From IMG/VR virus record IMGVR_UViG_3300012940_000062, positions 1-33,959 of that record: DNA of 33,959 bases. One strand, given 5' to 3'. Each line of letters begins with the position of its first letter. Within the stretch, counting starts at the first letter, position 1. The stretch is from a virus (lineage: Duplodnaviria; Caudoviricetes). Made by a program: the position numbers and the translations under genes. The notes below the pieces were generated by a model. The model saw only the letters and a program-made list of their open reading frames with translations, made no database searches and had not been told where the DNA came from. This document shows positions 26,701 to 33,959 of the stretch, piece by piece.

Positions 26701-26750
26701 TAGCACCTATTAGAAAACTCTTGACGTAGTTAATAGATTACTAAATATTC
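26697..26750 (+). promoter_or_regulatory. PL-like promoter with operators
   Basis: TTGACG (26721) N17 AATATT; TTAATAGATTACTAA in the spacer; palindrome CTAATAG-CAC-CTATTAG over the cI stop. Confidence 0.7.
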
Positions 26751-26874
26751 TGCGCCATCGGACGACGCCACCTGTTCGCAGGTCCGCAGACCCCGGTGAC
26801 GCAGGACCAGTAAAGCGCGCTCGCCAAGGCAGCCTCCGCCGAACCTCCTGCACAGGACCAGCAGGAGAGCCCTC

Positions 26875-27108
26875 ATGGCTATCGAAGAGCCGATTTCGGC
26901 GCACAAAGCGCCACGTTTCCCCCCACTACCCGGCAGCCTGGCGGCATGCGCTGCAACCGATCCGGCCGAGCAGATGGCCGAGGCGCTGCGCGATTTTATC
27001 GCCGCCTACGGCGCCTGCGTATCTTCATCCTTTGACGCGGATTCGCAGCGGTTTCTGGACATGGCGTTCGACCGTGCTCAGTCCGCCCTCGCCGATCACG
27101 AAGCATAG
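26875..27108 (+). CDS. Early hypothetical protein, 77 aa
   Basis: CAGGAG RBS; first gene after the PL-like promoter. Confidence 0.75.
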   Translation: MAIEEPISAHKAPRFPPLPGSLAACAATDPAEQMAEALRDFIAAYGACVSSSFDADSQRFLDMAFDRAQSALADHEA

Positions 27109-27118
27109 GAGAGCCACG

Positions 27119-27532
27119 ATGCTATTCTCCAATGCAACCTATCCGAAGCATCAGCTTCCTCCGACCGCAGCCGTCTATCTTGAGGGCTTTATCGAGGAGC
27201 GGAAGCACGCCGATCTCGACGCTGACACGCTCGAGGCCCAGCGGGCCTTTGCCCTCTACTCCGGTTCTAGGGACCGCGTCCAAGCGGTTATGGCGAGCGA
27301 TCACTGCAGTCAGGCAGCCGCGCTGCTCGTGAACATCGAAGAGATGCAGTGGCTCATCGGCGGTCACTATTCAATCGGCGGCCAGCTCGATCTGGACAGA
27401 GAAGAGGTTGATTGCCTTCGTAAAGTCATGGAGTCGCTAGAGGGCCTTCTGCGCTGGCACTTCGAAAACGGCGCCGGCGAGTTGCTCCCCATCGCCGAGT
27501 ATCTGGGCCTTGTGCGGGGAGGCGGACGATGA
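27119..27532 (+). CDS. Early hypothetical protein, 137 aa
   Basis: TAGGAG RBS before ATG 27119; ATGA-coupled to the next gene. Confidence 0.75.
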   Translation: MLFSNATYPKHQLPPTAAVYLEGFIEERKHADLDADTLEAQRAFALYSGSRDRVQAVMASDHCSQAAALLVNIEEMQWLIGGHYSIGGQLDLDREEVDCLRKVMESLEGLLRWHFENGAGELLPIAEYLGLVRGGGR

Positions 27533-27930
27533 CGGCGCTTTCCCCGGCCATGCAGGTAGCGTTCGACAACTGGAAGCGCGCCACTCTCATATCGCACTAC
27601 GTCAATCCGTGTCCGGATGAAGTCGGCGACGCGGCCAGCGAAGACGAATGCAACGCCATCGACCGCATTGCGGTCACGCCAAGCGAGACGCTGGCCGATC
27701 TCGCCATCAAGGTCCTTGTTCTCTCACTCGACCAGCACGGAGAACATTTGGGGCTGCGTCCCTTCCAGGCCGAGGTGCGCCGGAGAAGCGGCACGAATTA
27801 TCTCAAGGATACAATGTGGATCGGCATCATTGACGATCTTCCTCGTCTCCTGACGTGCATCGGCGAAGTCGTGGCGATCCCCCATCGCGACACGTTCCGA
27901 GCCTCCGAAAATCAGGAGGGCGAACAATGA
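27529..27930 (+). CDS. Early hypothetical protein, 133 aa
   Basis: GGAGG RBS, coupled at both ends; TPSETLADLAIK motif. Confidence 0.78.
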   Translation: MTALSPAMQVAFDNWKRATLISHYVNPCPDEVGDAASEDECNAIDRIAVTPSETLADLAIKVLVLSLDQHGEHLGLRPFQAEVRRRSGTNYLKDTMWIGIIDDLPRLLTCIGEVVAIPHRDTFRASENQEGEQ

Positions 27931-28253
27931 ACCTGATGGACGAAATCCACAAGGACTGCGGTCACATCCGCACCATCGCCAACGCGATCGGCCACCTGTC
28001 TGACGATATCGAGATAAGGTCCATTGCAGGGCTCGACCTGCCATCAAGCCCCGCGCAGCCGATCGACGCAAGGAGCATCCACGATCGGGCGATCACGATG
28101 TGGATAACCTTGCATGCCACGCATGCCGCTTCTGGTGGCCGCACGACGGCAGCCGGCCCGGAGACCGCGATGCTGACGTCGTCGCCATCGAGATCGATGG
28201 CAACACAGTGGACGTTGCCGCCTACGGGCAGTGTCGTCGCAACCCGCCCGTGA
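27927..28253 (+). CDS. Early hypothetical protein (MNLMDEIHKDC...)
   Basis: CAGGAGG RBS and ATGA coupling, but the 3' half overlaps the next gene by 154 nt. Confidence 0.5.
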   Translation: MNLMDEIHKDCGHIRTIANAIGHLSDDIEIRSIAGLDLPSSPAQPIDARSIHDRAITMWITLHATHAASGGRTTAAGPETAMLTSSPSRSMATQWTLPPTGSVVATRP

Positions 28254-28432
28254 TCAGCGATCATATGGCGAGCATCGCGATCCAACGGCCCGGTTTCGGC
28301 GGAAACGAGATCGACCCGGAGGACATCGCCGTCCCGTCCGCCGTCCAGCAATCCTGCCTCTGGCCTGTCCTCTACTGCACAGACTGGTGCGGCGAGCATC
28401 GGCCCCGCGCAGGGGAGAAATCCCATGTCTAA
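28100..28432 (+). CDS. Cys-rich metal-binding protein, paralog A
   Basis: CHACRFW...GQCRRNPP...WP....DWCGEH. Confidence 0.78.
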   Translation: MDNLACHACRFWWPHDGSRPGDRDADVVAIEIDGNTVDVAAYGQCRRNPPVISDHMASIAIQRPGFGGNEIDPEDIAVPSAVQQSCLWPVLYCTDWCGEHRPRAGEKSHV

Positions 28433-29021
28433 TAGCAACCCCACGTTCGACGAAGCCCTGCGCGATGTCCGCACGTTGAAGGATCTTTGCCAACACTTTC
28501 CGGGCGATTTCGAGGATGATTTCGCCGGCAAGGAACTCCTCGATCTCTGCTCGCGGGCGGAAATCCGATTTGCCGAGGTCGAGCCAGAGAATGCGGCTCA
28601 GGCACTCCTGCAGCTGTCATATCTGAGCGAGAGGTTCGAAGACGGATGGATCACGGCGATCGATCGCGACGCGGTCATTGCCCGCGCTCACGCCATAGCC
28701 GAACGGGAGATAGAGGCAAGGCGCAAGACGGCAGAAGCCGTCAGTCCGGCGAAGGTTAAGCATCCGCTCGACGGCGTCTGGAGCCAATTGATCGAAGCCT
28801 ACGGCGATGCTTCGACCGATGCCGAGCGCGAAGCGGCTGCGGCGGGACTATTGGCCTTGCCGGCACGCCATATCGAAGACTGCATTATAAAGCTCGACGC
28901 CGCCGGGATTTGTGCTGCCACGGCCAGAGCCGGCGGCAGCTTCTCCGATATTGTGAACGAGCTGATAGATACGGTGGAAGCTCGCCGCTTCGGCAAGTGG
29001 GGACAGGGGGCTTCGCAATGA
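28425..29021 (+). CDS. Early hypothetical helical protein, 198 aa
   Basis: GGGGAG RBS; overlaps neighbours at both ends. Confidence 0.8.
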   Translation: MSNSNPTFDEALRDVRTLKDLCQHFPGDFEDDFAGKELLDLCSRAEIRFAEVEPENAAQALLQLSYLSERFEDGWITAIDRDAVIARAHAIAEREIEARRKTAEAVSPAKVKHPLDGVWSQLIEAYGDASTDAEREAAAAGLLALPARHIEDCIIKLDAAGICAATARAGGSFSDIVNELIDTVEARRFGKWGQGASQ

Positions 29022-30010
29022 CCCAGCCCCTGAACTATTCGGTCAAGGCCAGCGCCGACCTGATCAGCGCGCCGGCGCCCGGCGCGCCACTGACACGGAG
29101 CGCGATGCGATATCTTGCCGACAAGCTGAAATCGGCTGAGGTTTTCCAGTTGCCCGATGGGGGCCAGCTGCTGGACCGCGAGAAGACGCCGCCCGAAGTC
29201 CCCGGCCTTATGTTCCGGCCACCCTTCCCGGTGATCGCTTGCGAATATCCAGTCGCGCGCCCGCACAGGATCGACCATTACTACACTGTCGCGAGCAGCA
29301 GCCGCCGGATCGCGCTGGCGTGGGATTGGAACCCTGATGATCTCCCGGCGCACCTGAAGCGGGTTCCGGGCATCTTGGCGCTGCCGCCGGGCGTGTGCGT
29401 CACCAGCATTTTCTATCTCGACTCCGCTAAACTATGGGGTTGCGCCGCTGGCGCGGTCCACATGGCCTACGACGGAGCCTGGCTGGACGTCGCCGAACAC
29501 CTTCCAAGGTCGAGGTTCATGTCGACGATGCTGGCAAACGGCCGTCTGGCAAAGGACATCATGAAGGGCCGTGGGATGGAATCGACCTTCCTGCCACTCT
29601 GCCCGGAATATTTGATGGCATACCGGGCCAGCGAGGCGAGCATGGCCGGAGCCGTCGACACGGCCCGCGCCGATATCAATGATGAGGCGGTTGCATATAC
29701 CGATCTTTGCTACGCGCTCGCCTGCAAGAACGTCTCAACCGAACGGATCAGCGCATCCGCCACGCTGAACATCAGCCGCGCGCGGTCCGGCAAACCTCCG
29801 TTCAAGGATTTCCATATCCTGAAGGTCGGCGGCGATGCCTGCGCCAGCAATTCTCTCGGGACCGGCGAGGGGGCCGGTCCAAGGACGCACCTGAGACGCG
29901 GCCATATCCGACGCTTGGGTGAGGGCCGTCTCACCTGGGTCAGCCAGACGATGGTTCACGGCCGGAAGGACTTCGTCCGCAAGGCATATGCCGTGGGAGG
30001 CACAAAGTGA
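29018..30010 (+). CDS. Hypothetical phage protein, 330 aa, with C-terminal HxRRGHxR motif
   Basis: Start MTQPLNY is ATGA-coupled; PRTHLRRGHIRRL...WV...VHG. Confidence 0.82.
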   Translation: MTQPLNYSVKASADLISAPAPGAPLTRSAMRYLADKLKSAEVFQLPDGGQLLDREKTPPEVPGLMFRPPFPVIACEYPVARPHRIDHYYTVASSSRRIALAWDWNPDDLPAHLKRVPGILALPPGVCVTSIFYLDSAKLWGCAAGAVHMAYDGAWLDVAEHLPRSRFMSTMLANGRLAKDIMKGRGMESTFLPLCPEYLMAYRASEASMAGAVDTARADINDEAVAYTDLCYALACKNVSTERISASATLNISRARSGKPPFKDFHILKVGGDACASNSLGTGEGAGPRTHLRRGHIRRLGEGRLTWVSQTMVHGRKDFVRKAYAVGGTK

Positions 30011-30270
30011 GCCGCGCCCAGCGTTGCGAAACCTGCCGCTTTTGGGAGCGCGGTGGCGCCGCCGTCTCCGCCGCCTGGCGTCGGGCTGACGGCGCCAAGG
30101 ACATCGGCACGTGTAACCTCTATCCGCCGGAGATCGTCGTCCGTGCGGGTGTGGCTTACGGCGTGCTGCCCGAGATGCCGCAGGGCCGCTTCTGCGGAGA
30201 GTGGCAGGCCGGTGGCAACGGCGGCGGCGATGGTGAAACCGTCGTTCCGTTCGGGAGGCCCGCAGCATGA
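30007..30270 (+). CDS. Cys-rich metal-binding protein, paralog B
   Basis: CETCRFW...GTCNLYPP...P....FCGEW; GTGA coupling. Confidence 0.78.
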   Translation: MSRAQRCETCRFWERGGAAVSAAWRRADGAKDIGTCNLYPPEIVVRAGVAYGVLPEMPQGRFCGEWQAGGNGGGDGETVVPFGRPAA

Positions 30271-31277
30271 TATCCCGTGGCGGTGTCCGGCCCTCTCCCG
30301 TGATCCCTGTGCGGCTGTCGGAAGCGGCCGACGAGTTCTCTGCGCGGATGCGGTCGAAGGCGAGCGAGAACGCGGAAACGATCCGCAAGGAGGTAAGCAA
30401 TAGGAGGGAGAATACGGCGGCCATCGCCGCGCCGAGGGGGAGCACCATCCCAAAGCCCCGACTGCGTAGCGGCTTCAACCAGGCTGTCGGGCTGCCGCCA
30501 TCCATCGAGATGCGTCACCCCTCCGAATTGCGTGTGGATGACAGTTATCAGCGGTCGATAGACACCGGCCCCAGCCGCAAGTTGATCGCCGGCATGGCTC
30601 GCGATTGGGACTGGCGACTCTGTGTGCCGCTGATGGTCTCCCGCCGGGAAGATGGTCTCTACGTGATCGACGGCCAGCATCGGCTGGCGGCGGCTAACAT
30701 GCGTGGCGATATCCCGTTTCTCCCATGCTGCATCTCAACCTATGACGGTCCTGCCGACGAGGCGCGGATGTTCGTTGCGGCCAATCGATCGCGGCGGGCG
30801 GTAAACCATCTCGACGATTTCCATGCCGCCATTGTCGCCAACAATGACGACGCGATCGAGATCAACAATCTCGTCGTCGGCGCCGGCTTGCGGGTTTCAC
30901 GAAAGACCGGAAAGACATCATGGATTCCCGGCGAGGTTACTTTCACCGCAGCCATAGCGCGCGTGCTGCGCCGACATGGTGAGGGTGTCGTGTCCTGGTC
31001 GCTCCGGCTCATCGCTGAGGAGTTCAAGGGTCAGGTTCTTAGCAACGGATCGTCGGTGTTCACGGCGCTATGCATGCTGCGCATCGCCCCACCAGATGAT
31101 GCGCTGGACGAGGCGCGGCTGCGCGCCGCGCTCCGCGCCTACGACATGCAGGGATGGGGCACGTTCCTGAACGGGTGCAAGGGCGGTGACGACCGCCGCC
31201 GCGCGATGCGCGAGGCAATTCTGATGGCTTACGCGGACGCGCCGGAAGCCGAGCGGGAGAACCGTCTCGATGAGTGA
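30267..31277 (+). CDS. ParB/Srx-like N-terminal domain protein (DUF6551-like)
   Basis: LRVDDSYQR...WDWRLCVPLMVSRR...YVIDGQHRLAAA...EARMF. Confidence 0.85.
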   Translation: MISRGGVRPSPVIPVRLSEAADEFSARMRSKASENAETIRKEVSNRRENTAAIAAPRGSTIPKPRLRSGFNQAVGLPPSIEMRHPSELRVDDSYQRSIDTGPSRKLIAGMARDWDWRLCVPLMVSRREDGLYVIDGQHRLAAANMRGDIPFLPCCISTYDGPADEARMFVAANRSRRAVNHLDDFHAAIVANNDDAIEINNLVVGAGLRVSRKTGKTSWIPGEVTFTAAIARVLRRHGEGVVSWSLRLIAEEFKGQVLSNGSSVFTALCMLRIAPPDDALDEARLRAALRAYDMQGWGTFLNGCKGGDDRRRAMREAILMAYADAPEAERENRLDE

Positions 31278-31350
31278 TCTAGCCGCCCTGGCTTTCGCAA
31301 CTGGCGATGGCTGCTACACGAAAAACCTGATCGCGAGGGTGGCATCATGA
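31270..31350 (+). CDS. Possible 26-aa coupling peptide
   Basis: MSDLAALAFATGDGCYTKNLIARVAS bridges the two flanking genes with overlaps at both ends. Confidence 0.35.
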   Translation: MSDLAALAFATGDGCYTKNLIARVAS

Positions 31351-31601
31351 CCCACGCCCGCGAACTATTGGCCAGTGCGCAAATGCGCGATCGGATCGCC
31401 GCCTTTCTTGAGCACGAGGCCGCGCTGCGCGACCGCAAGCGATCCGATGGGCGCCCGCCTGCCGAGGGAAAGTCCCGCCTCCTATACGCCATGGCGCAGC
31501 TGGTGCGGGCATTTCCTGCCGAACTCGCCCACGGCGAGCTGCCGGCCGGCGGCGGCGTCTCGCCCGAGATGCAGGCGCTTATTCGAAAGGTATCGGCATG
31601 A
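31347..31601 (+). CDS. Hypothetical protein, 84 aa
   Basis: Part of the ATGA-coupled chain. Confidence 0.7.
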   Translation: MTHARELLASAQMRDRIAAFLEHEAALRDRKRSDGRPPAEGKSRLLYAMAQLVRAFPAELAHGELPAGGGVSPEMQALIRKVSA

Positions 31602-31981
31602 TGGATCATTCCGTGGTCGACCTGATCATCAAGACGTGGCTTGAGCGTCTGCCGTCAGCCGACGAGATGCAAACGGTCAGCGACGATATCCTGACGGCCG
31701 AATTTTCGGTCCGGGTGATAGATTTGCACCTTGTGCTGTCGCGCTTTGAGCAGCTGAGATTGCTCCGCCAGCGTGCGTCCATGCTGTTCGGATCGGAAAT
31801 CGCCCGCATATCGCCACCCTCGGAGGTGGAGCGCGCCCGCGCCATCCGGGCATTCGCGACCAACGTCGTGGATTCGATCCTGTGCGCATCAGGCACCGTC
31901 ACGCGGGACCAGCTCATCATGAGCGTCATCGCGCGCGCCGGGCTGCTGCCGCTCGCGCCGGTCGAAAGGGGCGCGTCATGA
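31598..31981 (+). CDS. Hypothetical protein, 127 aa
   Basis: Part of the ATGA-coupled chain. Confidence 0.7.
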   Translation: MMDHSVVDLIIKTWLERLPSADEMQTVSDDILTAEFSVRVIDLHLVLSRFEQLRLLRQRASMLFGSEIARISPPSEVERARAIRAFATNVVDSILCASGTVTRDQLIMSVIARAGLLPLAPVERGAS

Positions 31982-32115
31982 CCGAGGCAATCTCTGGCAT
32001 TGCAATCTTTACCATAATCTGGATCGGGTTGCCCTTGTATGGGATCGATACGTCCAACAAGCGCATCGCCAAGGCGCTTGAGGATTTGTGCGATCTGGCG
32101 GGGAAACGCCGATGA
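31978..32115 (+). CDS. Small single-TM protein, 45 aa
   Basis: MTEAISGIAIFTIIWIGLPLYGID...; hydrophobic N-terminal helix, coupled at both ends. Confidence 0.65.
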   Translation: MTEAISGIAIFTIIWIGLPLYGIDTSNKRIAKALEDLCDLAGKRR

Positions 32116-32321
32116 CGCGGGCCTATCGGCATTGGTGCGGGATTCTCCGCTACCCCGGCAGGGAGTCGTTCTATTTCGGCACGGTGCAGGCCGAAACGGA
32201 ACTTGAGGCCCTGCGCAAACTCGAAGCCGCGTGGCGCGTCCTTTCGCCGCATCCAATGGCGCCCGTGGAGGCAATGCTGCCTGGCACTCTGGCGTTTCAT
32301 CCGGAGGGCGGATCATCATGA
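32112..32321 (+). CDS. Hypothetical protein, 69 aa
   Basis: MTRAYRHWCGILRYPG...; ATGA-coupled at both ends. Confidence 0.65.
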   Translation: MTRAYRHWCGILRYPGRESFYFGTVQAETELEALRKLEAAWRVLSPHPMAPVEAMLPGTLAFHPEGGSS

Positions 32322-32665
32322 TCTTTGCCGACATCGTGGATAAGATCGACAAGGCGGCCCGAAACGGGACGAAATTACATCTGCCCGTTAACCTTGTCCG
32401 GGCATTGGCAGGGTCCGCAGCTTATACGACTCTGACGACCCTCAAGCAAAAGGAGTTCGCAGAGCGATGGGCAGAAGAAGGAGGCCCGCAGCCGCAAACG
32501 ACCAGCGCGTCCAGATCGGAGATTTCTGGCTCGAATATCGGGCCGAGCGGGACGACTGGACCATCTGCTGGTATGACCCCGCCATCCGTTCACGCCGCCG
32601 CAGAAGCACGGGCATTGGCGGCGGCGAGCAGGGCGACCCACCGGAAGCGGCGCGCGAAGCGCTAG
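32318..32665 (+). CDS. Hypothetical protein in the excisionase position, overlapping int
   Basis: GGAGG RBS, ATGA-coupled; the 3' 199 nt overlap the integrase ORF. Confidence 0.6.
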   Translation: MIFADIVDKIDKAARNGTKLHLPVNLVRALAGSAAYTTLTTLKQKEFAERWAEEGGPQPQTTSASRSEISGSNIGPSGTTGPSAGMTPPSVHAAAEARALAAASRATHRKRRAKR

Positions 32666-33825
32666 CGACGCACTATCTCGAAGCCAGCAAGCCCGCTGAG
32701 CCGCAGAAGCCAGCAGAGGCCCCGGTCGCAGAGTTGCTGACGTTCTATCTCGAAGATCATGCGGCATCAAAGGCTGACGCGGCCCGCTACGGCTATAGCG
32801 TCCAGCACCTGCTACGGTTCTTCGACCACGAGAAAAAATTCGGGCGGATCATCGGTGGCGTGTCAGTCGCCGACGTGAATAACGCCTTCGTAAAGCGGTT
32901 CATAGACTTCCGCAAAGGCGAGGGCGTCGGCGGGCACACGATCAGCCGCGACCTGGCTGCATTGCGCGGAGCACTCAATCACGCTTGGCGCTCGGAACTG
33001 ATCACATCGGTTCCGTTCGTCCGCGACGTCGATCCGCGCGACAAGGCGAAGCCTCGCGATCTCGTCTTCACGATCGAGCAGGTGGCTGGCCTGCTGGAAG
33101 CGGCCTACCGGCTGGAAGAGCGCCGGCACGTCTTCCTATACACGCTGATCCAACTGAGCACGTGCGGCCGGTCGGAAGCCATCCTCGACCTGCACGCCCG
33201 CCAGATCGAAAACGGCCTGATATACTTCCTCGACCCTGACCGTGATCAGACGTCCAAGCGGCGGTCGATCGTGCCGGTCTGCCCTACGCTTGCGCCATGG
33301 CTTGAGGGGATCGAGGGCAAGGTGATTCGATATCGCGCGCTATTGGCGCAGAAGAAATGGAAGAAGGCCGACGAGCCGGAATATTTCGAGCGGGATTGCT
33401 ATGACCTGGGCAACGCCTTCGACGCTTGCCTGATCGAGGCGGGCCTGTCCCGCACGGTGATCGATTCGGCTGGCCATCCTGTCATGCTTCCACCCCGCTC
33501 CAAGCTGGGCGAGACGGAGCCGAGACCCAAGCTGAAAGGGAAGGGGACGCCCAACACGCTGCGGCACACTATCATCACGGAAATGCACCGGCGCGGCGTG
33601 GCCGAAAGCCAGATCGAGACGGCGGCCGGCCACCTTGGAGAAGGCACGAACAAGCGCAATTATCGCCACCTGCGGCCCGATTATCTCGCCGAGTTGATCG
33701 CTGCGATCGAGGAATACTGGCGCGAGATGACCCGCTTCACGACGGTGCATTTGCGGTCCCAATGCGGTCCCAAAGTCGTCTCCATGGCCTCCGCTCGCGC
33801 GGAAGCCCGGATCAAAAACGCTTGA
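32467..33825 (+). CDS. int: Tyrosine recombinase/phage integrase
   Basis: CGRSEAI (R), NTLRH, AAGH and NYRH (Y) catalytic motifs; ends 18 nt from the tRNA 3' end. Confidence 0.93.
   Translation: MGRRRRPAAANDQRVQIGDFWLEYRAERDDWTICWYDPAIRSRRRRSTGIGGGEQGDPPEAAREALATHYLEASKPAEPQKPAEAPVAELLTFYLEDHAASKADAARYGYSVQHLLRFFDHEKKFGRIIGGVSVADVNNAFVKRFIDFRKGEGVGGHTISRDLAALRGALNHAWRSELITSVPFVRDVDPRDKAKPRDLVFTIEQVAGLLEAAYRLEERRHVFLYTLIQLSTCGRSEAILDLHARQIENGLIYFLDPDRDQTSKRRSIVPVCPTLAPWLEGIEGKVIRYRALLAQKKWKKADEPEYFERDCYDLGNAFDACLIEAGLSRTVIDSAGHPVMLPPRSKLGETEPRPKLKGKGTPNTLRHTIITEMHRRGVAESQIETAAGHLGEGTNKRNYRHLRPDYLAELIAAIEEYWREMTRFTTVHLRSQCGPKVVSMASARAEARIKNA
33752..33773. repeat. Perfect tandem 11-bp repeat, candidate integrase arm-type sites
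   Basis: TGCGGTCCCAA twice, ~70 bp from the tRNA 3' end. Confidence 0.7.
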
Positions 33826-33843
33826 TTTTCAGGATGATCGGGC

Positions 33844-33919
33844 TGGTGGAGCTGAGGGGAATCGAACCCCTGACCTCTGCAGTGCGATTGCAGCGCTCTC
33901 CCATCTGAGCTACAGCCCC
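33844..33919 (-). tRNA. tRNA-Ala(CGC), probable integration target
   Basis: 76 nt GGGGCTG...CAGCTCC-ACCA with G3:U70; anticodon arm CTGCA-ATCGCAC-TGCAG; GTTCGATTC T loop. Confidence 0.97.
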
Positions 33920-33959
33920 TCGCCCGAGGGCGCTCCCTTTAGCCGCAGCTTTGGGGCGA

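Larger units (their letters stand above)
1..33860. mobile_element. Temperate siphovirus-type prophage (left end outside window)
   Basis: Ordered integration, immunity, replication, packaging, head and tail modules abutting a tRNA 3' end. Confidence 0.97.

Noticed and set aside
1-33959. CRISPR array, diversity-generating retroelement, invertase shufflon, lysis cassette
   Set aside because: No spaced repeats, reverse transcriptase, serine invertase, endolysin or holin recognised. Lysis genes probably lie left of the window.

Overview
Most of a temperate, long-tailed (siphovirus-type, HK97-like head) prophage in a high-GC alphaproteobacterial background, possibly a sphingomonad (host assignment is inference). 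It is integrated at a tRNA-Ala(CGC) gene at the right edge. Right to left: tRNA/att junction; tyrosine integrase; a + strand early operon of small, translationally coupled genes (ParB-like and Cys-rich proteins among them); a CI/Cro switch with matching operators; a - strand replication module (DUF1376/YdaU-type initiator and a Twinkle/T7 gp4-like primase-helicase whose Zn-binding domain is in a separate frame); a NusG paralog in the position lambda Q occupies, followed by ~500 nt of hairpin-dense non-coding DNA and a cluster of small accessory genes; HNH/cos/terminase/portal/Clp protease/capsid; neck and tail genes with a -1 frameshifted tail chaperone; tape measure; and a very large tail-tip/fibre gene that runs off the left edge and is missing from the ORF track. 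Lysis genes and the second att site are not in the window. The best candidate for an undescribed system is a phage NusG-paralog plus structured-RNA antitermination system acting on a late operon that contains an internal terminator. All homology calls come from motif recognition by eye; no database searches were run.
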